Virus record (IMG/VR): IMGVR_UViG_3300025009_000009
Location: 1 to 64,000 of that record
DNA length: 64,000 nt
Source of the DNA: an uncultured virus (IMG/VR IMGVR_UViG_3300025009_000009)
Taxonomy: Duplodnaviria; Heunggongvirae; Uroviricota; Caudoviricetes
Direction: 5' to 3' (one strand)
In this document: in pieces, positions 17,798-26,590 of the stretch
How the letters are laid out: every line of letters starts with the position of its first letter
Numbering within the stretch: position 1 is the stretch's first letter
Position numbers and translations under genes: made by a program
Notes under the pieces: generated by a model
What the model saw: only the letters and a program-made list of their open reading frames with translations
Databases searched by the model: none
What the model was told of the DNA's origin: nothing

Positions 17798-18109
17798 TTA
17801 TTTGAGATAGTTGATTAATTCAAAGATGGCTACAGCTATACCTATTGGTATTGCAATAAATTTAAAAAACTTAGATATTTTTTCGTAGATGTATTTTCTA
17901 ATTTCTATAGGTTTTTCTATTATATCTACTCGATTTTCAAGCAATTCTGTACGTTTCATATGCTCAACCAATGATGTCTTATTTTGTGCAATATCAAACC
18001 CTTGAGTGATTTGTACACCTTTCATCTGTTTTAGGTCATCAGCAGAATCCTTGACTATATCATATATTAGATTTACTTTTTCATTTAATAAGTCTATCTT
18101 ATCATTCAT
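17798..18109 (-). CDS. Coiled-coil protein with C-terminal TM (holin-like candidate)
   Basis: Architecture and position. Confidence 0.4.
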   Translation of the reverse strand: MNDKIDLLNEKVNLIYDIVKDSADDLKQMKGVQITQGFDIAQNKTSLVEHMKRTELLENRVDIIEKPIEIRKYIYEKISKFFKFIAIPIGIAVAIFELINYLK

Positions 18110-20335
18110 CTAAGGCTCCTTCTTTTCAAGATCAACACCAAAAGTTTTTAATAATAGATCTTTAGTATTAGGATTTTGCATAGCACTAAATAATAATGCT
18201 CTACGAGATTGTTCATTTTCAGTAGCAGCTAAGTTTCTAAACAATTGAGCTATCTTTGGATTTTCAGCTTTATCAGCTAATTTAGCTAAGTTATTAGGTA
18301 ATGTGTTTACTATCTCTTTAACCATCTTCCCTGTCCAATCTGAAGCCTTCTCAATACCTTTAGAAACCTTACCTAATCCAATAGCACCTCTAATACCAGC
18401 AGCTTCAACACCACCAATAAAAGCTTTAGATACTTGTAATCCAGAGTTAGCTGCTGATTGGTTGATATCATATAGTTGGGATAGCTTATTTACTGCTGTA
18501 TATAATTCATCAGCTTTTTCCTGTCCTACAATATCTCTATAGTATTTCATGAATTTTTCAAACTTTCTCTGTGCTTTTTCACCAGCAGCAGTTTCCAATT
18601 TGATATTCTTTAACATGTCAGTTAAATCGTCTATAGCATTATCTTTAGTTACAACGTCTTCACTTATTAAATCTTTCTTTTTTAGTTTTTTAGTAGCACC
18701 ATACATTGATTCATAAGATTTCATTACTTTACTAAATTCATCTAACATACCCTTTTCACCTAAAAGACTATCGAAATCTTTTCTAACACCCTTAGCTAAT
18801 TCTCTTACTCTACTTTCAATAGTACCTTTATCTTTACCAGCTATTAGTTTTAATGAATCACTAAATTCTTTCATTTCCTTAGGTTTAAGATTTATAGCAT
18901 TTTGTATTTCTCTAGTTTCAACTTTAGTTGGTATCTTACCCCAATAAACAGAATTTACTCTACCTCTAGCATCTTTAAAATAAGCTAACCCCTTTAGATC
19001 ATCAACAATAATCTCACCAGGTTCAAATGTTTTAGCTACAGCTTTCATTTCTTTTGGTAAAGACATTTCAACACCTAATTCAGGTATCAATTCTTTTTGT
19101 TTATATTTCAATCTAACAACGTCTTTTAGTATATCAGTAGCTTCTTCTCCTGATATATTTAACAATTTAGAAACTTTAATTGTATCAATTTTGGCTGGTT
19201 GTATATCACCCTCTATTAAAGCATATTTGTCTAACATTTTAGCTATTTCTTTAGAAGCTCCTTCCCCTTCAGAGTCTGCTAATTCCATTAACACTTTCTT
19301 CTTTTCCAAAGCACCTAAAGCTGTTTCTTTAGCTGTATAATCAGGTACAATAACATCTTCTTTTGTTATGAATTTCTTTTTAATATTATTCAATTGTTCT
19401 AATACTTTACCAGCTTTCTTTGCTGTATCATCAGTTAAAGCATTCTGATGTTCTAACTTAAATTCATTAGATAGATTATCTATATATGTAGTATAATCTT
19501 TTTTCATTTGTTCAGCTTCAGTTTTTTGCCATAGATCATCAAATTTCTTAACACCCTCTCTTTTAACATTTTCTAAATTCTTTTGAATTTCAGTAGCTTT
19601 AGAACTCAAATCATCCATAATAGTTTGTTGTATTTTTTGCCCTATTATCTCTTCACCTTCTTTAGCTAATTCACCAGCTTCAAACATTTTTCTAAATGAA
19701 GATGTTGATTTTTCTCTTATATATTCTCTTAAAGAATTAAGTTTTTCCATTCCAGGTTTAATTGCTTTTTGACCAATATAACCCATACCAGCACCCAAAG
19801 CACCACCAGTAAGTGATCCCATACCAATTTCTTGTACAGCTTTTGGTACTTCAGCTTGAGTTAAATCAGCTTCACCATAACCAAGTCCAGCAGCTGCACC
19901 ATATTTAGCTCCAGTAGCAGCACTTTGTTTAACTGCTTCTTTTAAACCTAGTTTACCTAACGTTGCAGCAGCAGTAGCACCACCAGTAAAGAAAGCAGGA
20001 GCTATACCAGATCCAATTTCAGAAGCTGTAAATATGATAGGATTAGCTTCTTGTGCAGCTTCCATCTTAGCTCTTTCTGTATCTCTTTCTCTACGATATG
20101 TATCCATAAAATTAGATAATTCATCTTGTCCAAATAAAGTACTTCCAACAGCTTTACCAGCACCAATAAGTTCATCACCAAAACCTAAAGTTAAACCTTG
20201 TACGCCACCACGTATAGCAGATTCTGTTTGTGATATTTCTTCATTAGATTTTGATTCTAAATCAAAATTATCATCTTCTATTGGTTCTAAATCTAATTTT
20301 GTATCTTCAATTGGTTCTAAATCTAATTTATTCAT
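18110..20335 (-). CDS. Putative internal virion / DNA ejection protein
   Basis: G/A-rich segments (RGGVQGLTLGFGDE), helical; last of cluster after tail genes. Confidence 0.6.
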   Translation of the reverse strand: MNKLDLEPIEDTKLDLEPIEDDNFDLESKSNEEISQTESAIRGGVQGLTLGFGDELIGAGKAVGSTLFGQDELSNFMDTYRRERDTERAKMEAAQEANPIIFTASEIGSGIAPAFFTGGATAAATLGKLGLKEAVKQSAATGAKYGAAAGLGYGEADLTQAEVPKAVQEIGMGSLTGGALGAGMGYIGQKAIKPGMEKLNSLREYIREKSTSSFRKMFEAGELAKEGEEIIGQKIQQTIMDDLSSKATEIQKNLENVKREGVKKFDDLWQKTEAEQMKKDYTTYIDNLSNEFKLEHQNALTDDTAKKAGKVLEQLNNIKKKFITKEDVIVPDYTAKETALGALEKKKVLMELADSEGEGASKEIAKMLDKYALIEGDIQPAKIDTIKVSKLLNISGEEATDILKDVVRLKYKQKELIPELGVEMSLPKEMKAVAKTFEPGEIIVDDLKGLAYFKDARGRVNSVYWGKIPTKVETREIQNAINLKPKEMKEFSDSLKLIAGKDKGTIESRVRELAKGVRKDFDSLLGEKGMLDEFSKVMKSYESMYGATKKLKKKDLISEDVVTKDNAIDDLTDMLKNIKLETAAGEKAQRKFEKFMKYYRDIVGQEKADELYTAVNKLSQLYDINQSAANSGLQVSKAFIGGVEAAGIRGAIGLGKVSKGIEKASDWTGKMVKEIVNTLPNNLAKLADKAENPKIAQLFRNLAATENEQSRRALLFSAMQNPNTKDLLLKTFGVDLEKKEP

Positions 20336-20337
20336 TT

Positions 20338-21927
20338 TTATTCCACCAATTTATAACCTTGTTTAATTGAATCTTCTAATTGTTCTTTTGGTAATTTAAA
20401 TTTCTTACCTTGACTATCCATAACAGTCACTTTATTTTCTATATTTTTAACTGTTCTATTTTCTTTAATTTTTTTCATATTTTCTAATCTATATTTTTCA
20501 GCATCAGGATTTGATACATTATAAAAATCCACAATATCATTATACTGCCTTTTAAACGTTTGGTCAAATGAATTTAATCTTGACATAAAAGTATCGGCAG
20601 TAACGTTAGGATTTGCAACAATATCTTTTAATCTTTCATATTCAGCATCTGTAACAGCTAATCCAGATTGACCTTTAATATAATTGGAAAGAAATGAATT
20701 CAATTTCGAATAAAATGCAGATCTATCTTTATTTGTGTTCCATATTTTTTCTGAGGTACTACCTAATCTTCCATCAACTGGTCCAACATATGATTTTTTA
20801 AATAATGATTTCAACTCATCTAAATCATTACTAGTCACATAAGCGTTTTTAGTAATTTCTTGTTGTTTAGATGTTAATTCGTCCTTCTCTTTTTGAGTCC
20901 ATTTAAATCTTTCTTCACTAAGATTAGCTTTTTTTGTAGCAGCATCAGCTTGCTGTTGTCTAATTTCAAGAAGTTTAGCTGCGTTATCACTTTGAAGTTG
21001 TTGCATCTTGAGTTTCATTTCTCTATCGTCTTGAAGTAATAATAATTTTTGTAACTCTTCAAGTTGTGGTTTATTCATACCATCTAAATCTTTAAGATAT
21101 GGGTTTAACTTATCTTTAAAAGATTGATTGTTTTTAATTAATGTTCTATATAATTCAGAAGCTTTACTATTTGGATCTAGTTCGGCAGCTTTACCTTGCA
21201 TAGCAGCTTCTTCTAAAGCTTCTTTTACTAATCCTTTAGATTCCTTTCTTTGTTGTTTACTCATTTCTATCTTAGACATAGCATCAGACATCACTTTCTT
21301 AGCGTCTTCTTTAAGTGATTTACCAGCATTAGGATCACCTTCAACTCTAGCCATACCAGCACTTATCTTTTCTAAACCACCTCTAAGACCACCCATGAAG
21401 TCTACCCAATTAGCCATTTTTTTAGATTCTTCATATATTTCATTTTCTTTGTTCTTAGCAGCTTCATCATCTTTTTGTAAACGTTTTAATATAGAATTAA
21501 AACCTTCTTCATCTTTTACTTCTTCTTTTACTTCTTTAACTATAGGTTTATCTTCCTTAACTGGAGATGGTGTAATTTGTTTAGTTTTAGATGGTATAAC
21601 TGGTGGTGTAACAGGAGCAACATTAACATCTTTTGGTATGTTTATCGGCTGTTGTGGTATGTTTGTTTGTGGTATAGATGGTTGTGTACTACCAAAATCA
21701 AATCCTTGTTTATTTGGTTGTAAAGGAATATCTTTTGATAAATTAGTTTGTAGATTATACCTATTTAGTAATTCATCTAATCTATTTTGTTCTAAGTTTT
21801 CTTGACTAATAAATGGTGTTGGTTGTTCACCTGTTTGATATGGAATATTAGATGATATAGTTTTACTACCATTTAATAAATCATCAAGAAACTTACTATA
21901 ATCTATATTATTTTTATTCTCAGCCAT
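20338..21927 (-). CDS. Putative ejection protein
   Basis: P-rich linker, helical, SGLAVTDAEYERL; context. Confidence 0.55.
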   Translation of the reverse strand: MAENKNNIDYSKFLDDLLNGSKTISSNIPYQTGEQPTPFISQENLEQNRLDELLNRYNLQTNLSKDIPLQPNKQGFDFGSTQPSIPQTNIPQQPINIPKDVNVAPVTPPVIPSKTKQITPSPVKEDKPIVKEVKEEVKDEEGFNSILKRLQKDDEAAKNKENEIYEESKKMANWVDFMGGLRGGLEKISAGMARVEGDPNAGKSLKEDAKKVMSDAMSKIEMSKQQRKESKGLVKEALEEAAMQGKAAELDPNSKASELYRTLIKNNQSFKDKLNPYLKDLDGMNKPQLEELQKLLLLQDDREMKLKMQQLQSDNAAKLLEIRQQQADAATKKANLSEERFKWTQKEKDELTSKQQEITKNAYVTSNDLDELKSLFKKSYVGPVDGRLGSTSEKIWNTNKDRSAFYSKLNSFLSNYIKGQSGLAVTDAEYERLKDIVANPNVTADTFMSRLNSFDQTFKRQYNDIVDFYNVSNPDAEKYRLENMKKIKENRTVKNIENKVTVMDSQGKKFKLPKEQLEDSIKQGYKLVE

Positions 21928-21942
21928 AAATTATTCCTTTAA

Positions 21943-23010
21943 TTATTTACTATAAGGATTAGATCCACCAAAAATACCAGTAGGAGCTTTAGCTGTTGTC
22001 ACATTAACACCTGATTGTGTTGGAGCAGCAGAACTACCACTACCAGAAAAAGCTTTACCGGCACTCATTGCTATATCAGCTAATCCTGATCCCATAGATT
22101 GTATACCAGCAGCTTTGTTTGCACCAGCAGCACTTGTTGCAGCAGCATTACCAGTTAACGCACTCATTTGTAAACCAGCTTTCTGTACTTCTCTATCATA
22201 TTTTCTACCAGCAGCTTCGGCGTTCCATTGAGATACCTGATTTGCAGCATTAACTCTGTCAGCTTCAAGTTGTTGAGCTAAACTTTGTTTAGTTAGATTT
22301 GCTGTATTTAAACCAGCTACATTACGTTGTTCAACTCCTGCTTTTTGTAAAGCATTAAATTGAGCTATGATATCTTCAGCACTAGCCTTTTGTGCTTCTT
22401 CACCAAACTCTTGAGATCTCATTTGTGTACTATAATCACCCAATTGACCTAAAGCTGCTAGTTTAGCTTGTGCTGATGTTTGAGCTATACGATCAGCTTG
22501 TTCAGCTTGAGCTAACATAGCTTGTTGGCTTGACGACTGTCTTTGTGCTAACTCAGCACCAGAACCCAACATACCTCGTTCAGCCATAGATTGAAGTATT
22601 CTAGCATCTCTAGCTTCAGCTTGAGATCCAGTGCTACGTCTTAGTTGTTCAAACTCAGCCATATCAGCACTAGTTAAACCATCCATACTTCTTTCTTGTA
22701 TACCACTTAATGCTGCAAGTTGAGCTTCTTTCAATCTAGGGTCAACACCAATATCTGTCATTGATGTTTTCTGTAGTTGAATAGCTTTCTCTTCTTCTGG
22801 TAAGAAATCCCAAACTAATTCAGGACTTTCAAGTATAAGTTTTTCAGCTTCTGCTGTTGGTATTTGAAGACTATTAGCTATATTTAATGCTGCTTCTCTT
22901 AAAGCTTGTGATCTTGCTTCAGCTTCTTCAGCAGCATTTCCAGCCATTATACCACTAACTAATGACGACCCAATTCCTGCTGCTGCTCCTGCGGCTATCA
23001 TTCCAGCCAT
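21943..23010 (-). CDS. Putative ejection/pilot protein
   Basis: A/G-rich hydrophobic N-terminus, Q/A coiled coil. Confidence 0.6.
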   Translation of the reverse strand: MAGMIAAGAAAGIGSSLVSGIMAGNAAEEAEARSQALREAALNIANSLQIPTAEAEKLILESPELVWDFLPEEEKAIQLQKTSMTDIGVDPRLKEAQLAALSGIQERSMDGLTSADMAEFEQLRRSTGSQAEARDARILQSMAERGMLGSGAELAQRQSSSQQAMLAQAEQADRIAQTSAQAKLAALGQLGDYSTQMRSQEFGEEAQKASAEDIIAQFNALQKAGVEQRNVAGLNTANLTKQSLAQQLEADRVNAANQVSQWNAEAAGRKYDREVQKAGLQMSALTGNAAATSAAGANKAAGIQSMGSGLADIAMSAGKAFSGSGSSAAPTQSGVNVTTAKAPTGIFGGSNPYSK

Positions 23011-23034
23011 ATAAAACTCCTTAAATAATATATT

Positions 23035-24918
23035 TTAAGATAAACCAAAGAATTGTCGAAGTTGATTAAAATAACCACCTTCTCTTGCTGTTGTTTCACC
23101 TTTTACTTTATTACGTTGTTCTACTGTTTTTTCTATGAATTGATTTTTTAAATTAAGTATATTATTAATTTTAGCTTGTCTATTAGCTATTTCACTTTGT
23201 ATTTCTGGCATTGCTAATATTTGTTCCTCTGTAAAACCAGAATAACGATCAGGACCTAATTGATAAACAATATTATTTAAATTCAAAATTGATCGATCTA
23301 TTGGAAACAATCTAGTAACAGCAGGATCATTATCCATAGCAACTCTAATTTCATTATCTGATTTATTAATCCATTCATTATTAGGATTTAAATATTGATA
23401 ACTAGCTGTTGTTGCATCCTTATCGCCAGGTTGAAATCCATATCCTGTTCTTTCACCTAAAACATCATAATACCATTGGTTCATTGAAGTAGAAGCTTCT
23501 AACGCTTCTTCTTCTTTAGTTTTGTTTGTTTTAGTTTGTCTATCTAGTATTTCTTTTTCTAAGTTAGATACACCTAATCCTTCTAAACCAACTTGATTAG
23601 CTTGCAATCTTCTTGCTGCTTCAACTTCAGATAGATTACTACCTAATTGATCTTGAAATAATTCCTCTAACGCTTGTTGTTTAGCTACTTCTTCTGATGT
23701 AGCAAATCTTGACTTTTCAGCTAAGGATTCACCTATATTAGCTGTATTAAGAAGTTCAGCTAATTTAGCTTGATCTAGAGTTCCATAATTATATAAACTA
23801 GATTCAGCTTCTCCTGGTGCCTTTCCTGCATAATATGCTGATGTACCACCAACGTTCCATCTACCTTCAACCCCTGTACCGAATTCACCTTGATAACTTA
23901 AGTTGTTAGCAATGTTTAACATTTTATCAGCAGCTTCTCCTGATGTATTTTGTCTTAAGAAATTTTGTTCATCAGAACTAATAGCTTGACCCGATAGTAA
24001 TTTAGTATATAACTCAGATACTTTATTTTTATTAGTATTATATTGTTTTAACTTTTCAACAACATTAGTTTCAATATTACCGAATGCTTGTTCTGCACCA
24101 GTAGTTACAGCAGACTTTGTTGCTTCAATTTCTTCTAAAGTTTTACCTTTAGCTAATTGTTGTAATTTTTCTAGATCTGTAAGTTGTCTAGAAACATCAG
24201 TTCCTGCTATTTTAGAATAGTCTTCTAAAGCTTGTTTTTCTTGTTGTTTAGATTGTAACAATAATTGATCTAAAGATTGTTGTCCTGTAGTATATGTTTT
24301 ATCAGGACGACTAAACATTTCACGAAGTAATTGAAATCTACCAGCTTCACTAGTTCCTAATCCTGCTTTTTGTTGAAAAGCATTAACATCTTGTTTTAAT
24401 GTAGGTAAAGCTTGAGATTCGTATGTATTGAATCCACCTTGTTTAGCTGTTAGATATTCTTGATATTCTGGTGTATCCATATATGAACGAATATCGGCAG
24501 CATTTTTTTCATATAGTCCAGGTAAGTCTTGTTGTACTTTTTGTATACGAGCTATTTCACCACCACCAATTTGTTTTAGATTATCTTGATCTAATCCAAA
24601 TCCGGTTTTAGTTTCAATATCGCTTCTTTCTGTAGCAGTTTTTGTTGCTAATCCAGTTTCTTCTTCTTGAAGTTTACCTGTTATTTTTTCAGCTAATTTA
24701 GGTTCTTGATGTGCTTGAACATATTTTTGAGCAGAAGTACCTTTCATACCAGTACCTAATTTTCCTGCTGTACTAGCTTGAGTAGCAACAGGAGAAACAC
24801 CAGCACTAACAGAAGATGGTGATCCACTAACTGATATATCACCAGTTTGTTCTAGATTACCAGCTTTCTTCTTTTTCTCTTCTTCAGTTTGTTGAAGTGT
24901 ATCTGCTATATATGGCAT
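23035..24918 (-). CDS. Putative internal virion protein
   Basis: Q/E/A-rich helical ORF in ejection cluster. Confidence 0.55.
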   Translation of the reverse strand: MPYIADTLQQTEEEKKKKAGNLEQTGDISVSGSPSSVSAGVSPVATQASTAGKLGTGMKGTSAQKYVQAHQEPKLAEKITGKLQEEETGLATKTATERSDIETKTGFGLDQDNLKQIGGGEIARIQKVQQDLPGLYEKNAADIRSYMDTPEYQEYLTAKQGGFNTYESQALPTLKQDVNAFQQKAGLGTSEAGRFQLLREMFSRPDKTYTTGQQSLDQLLLQSKQQEKQALEDYSKIAGTDVSRQLTDLEKLQQLAKGKTLEEIEATKSAVTTGAEQAFGNIETNVVEKLKQYNTNKNKVSELYTKLLSGQAISSDEQNFLRQNTSGEAADKMLNIANNLSYQGEFGTGVEGRWNVGGTSAYYAGKAPGEAESSLYNYGTLDQAKLAELLNTANIGESLAEKSRFATSEEVAKQQALEELFQDQLGSNLSEVEAARRLQANQVGLEGLGVSNLEKEILDRQTKTNKTKEEEALEASTSMNQWYYDVLGERTGYGFQPGDKDATTASYQYLNPNNEWINKSDNEIRVAMDNDPAVTRLFPIDRSILNLNNIVYQLGPDRYSGFTEEQILAMPEIQSEIANRQAKINNILNLKNQFIEKTVEQRNKVKGETTAREGGYFNQLRQFFGLS

Positions 24919-24920
24919 TG

Positions 24921-26144
24921 TTATTTACCTTTACTGAAAGTATTTAATACGATATCTTCAATAGCTTTTAATCTTAGTTCTTGTTCTTTCTGTTTCTGAC
25001 TTATATTAGTTTCTTCTGGAGTAGATTTTCTAACTATTGGATTTTCATTCTTAAGTGATTCAAATGGTATTTTACCTTGAATTGCTTCCATTAATCTTTG
25101 TTGACCTTCTAGATTAACAACAGACTCACCTTCATTAACTTGAGCATCAACATTATCACCAACATAATTCATACCATCATCTTCAATTACACCACCATTA
25201 CGATAGTAGTTAATTTTATCCATTGCTAGTTTTTTTAACTGATCTTGCATTGGATCAACGTTATAAGCAACACCACCATCTTCAAATTTAGGTAACACTC
25301 TTTCTTGTGTTCCTTGAGTTTTTTCAGCTAACATTCTTCTTAAATATTCAGTGACAGGATCTTGAATTCCTGGCATTTGTGGAGGTAAAGTATAACTAGA
25401 AAGATCTTGTGAAGGCATAAATGAATTTAAATTAGGTATTTGAAGACCAGAAACTATACCACCATCTTGATATGCATTTCTAGATGGTATCTTTTTTTGT
25501 GAAAGTTCATTTTCATATTTTTCAGAATCTTTTATGTGTTGTATTAATTCTGAATCACTTAAATTTTTATATTCTGGAAGTGATCTAAATTTTTCAAATT
25601 TCTCAGCTATTCCAAATTTAGAATCTAAATTCTCTGAAATATTAGCACCTAACTTAGAAGTATTTTCTGTATCTCTATTCATATAAACATTTCCACCATC
25701 TTCATATTTCTTAACTACACCACCACATTTATAACCATTATTAGACTTAAGTATTTCCATTTCTTCAGGTGACAAACTATCTCCAGATTCTAATTTATAA
25801 GCTAAGGTTCCTTCTTTTGGACCCAATGGTTGTACTTCTCCTGCTTTTTGAATGGCTTCACCTAAAGCTGCACCATATACATTACCAAATAAATTCTTAC
25901 CACCAGCCATTCTTACTGTTGGACGAGAAGTTCTAATCATATTTAATTCTTTTTCTAAATTCACTTTTTGTTCTGGAGGAGTTTTTGGATTATTCAATGA
26001 CTTAAGTATTTCACTTTCTCTTAGAAATGATTGAGTTTCATTAGATACAATCTCACCTCTAGGTAAAGGTTTAACCACACCACCTTCCGCATATTTAGGT
26101 TTTTTAAATTTATCTCTTAAATTTGAAAAATTGTCACTTTTCAT
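24921..26144 (-). CDS. Putative internal virion protein with repeated [YF]xxGG motifs
   Basis: Six [YF]xxGG copies. Confidence 0.55.
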   Translation of the reverse strand: MKSDNFSNLRDKFKKPKYAEGGVVKPLPRGEIVSNETQSFLRESEILKSLNNPKTPPEQKVNLEKELNMIRTSRPTVRMAGGKNLFGNVYGAALGEAIQKAGEVQPLGPKEGTLAYKLESGDSLSPEEMEILKSNNGYKCGGVVKKYEDGGNVYMNRDTENTSKLGANISENLDSKFGIAEKFEKFRSLPEYKNLSDSELIQHIKDSEKYENELSQKKIPSRNAYQDGGIVSGLQIPNLNSFMPSQDLSSYTLPPQMPGIQDPVTEYLRRMLAEKTQGTQERVLPKFEDGGVAYNVDPMQDQLKKLAMDKINYYRNGGVIEDDGMNYVGDNVDAQVNEGESVVNLEGQQRLMEAIQGKIPFESLKNENPIVRKSTPEETNISQKQKEQELRLKAIEDIVLNTFSKGK

Positions 26145-26167
26145 GTCTTCCTCGAATATAGTAATTA

Positions 26168-26183
26168 CATTAATACTTGATAA
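26168..26183 (-). promoter_or_regulatory. Late-promoter-like motif
   Basis: TTATCAAGTATTAATG. Confidence 0.7.
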
Positions 26184-26188
26184 ACCCT

Positions 26189-26590
26189 TTAATTACTGTA
26201 TATTATGATAGTTAATGTGTAAGTTGTGTTTGCTAGTAAACCTGTAATATTACTAACTTTTATTATTTTATTTTCTTCGGTATATGTTATAAAGGGATGT
26301 GAAGTTATAGCACCACCTAGAACTCTTATGATTTGTGTTCCTGTTGACTTTAAAGCTAAATTATGTTTAAAAGAGATTGAAAATACAGGATTACCACTTG
26401 CATCAACTTTGATGTTATTAATAGTTTTAATTTCTTGATTAAGATTTTCTGATATTGAAAGATTCTTATTTAAAGCATTGTAAACACTTTCAGCAAAGGA
26501 ATTATAACAAATACCAATCTTTTCAACTAGTTCCTTTTCATCGTCTTTAAAATCTTCAACGTTTAATCTTTTTGGGCTATCTATTTTCAT
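26189..26590 (-). CDS. Putative tail-associated protein
   Basis: Coupled to tail tube B-like gene. Confidence 0.5.
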   Translation of the reverse strand: MKIDSPKRLNVEDFKDDEKELVEKIGICYNSFAESVYNALNKNLSISENLNQEIKTINNIKVDASGNPVFSISFKHNLALKSTGTQIIRVLGGAITSHPFITYTEENKIIKVSNITGLLANTTYTLTIIIYSN

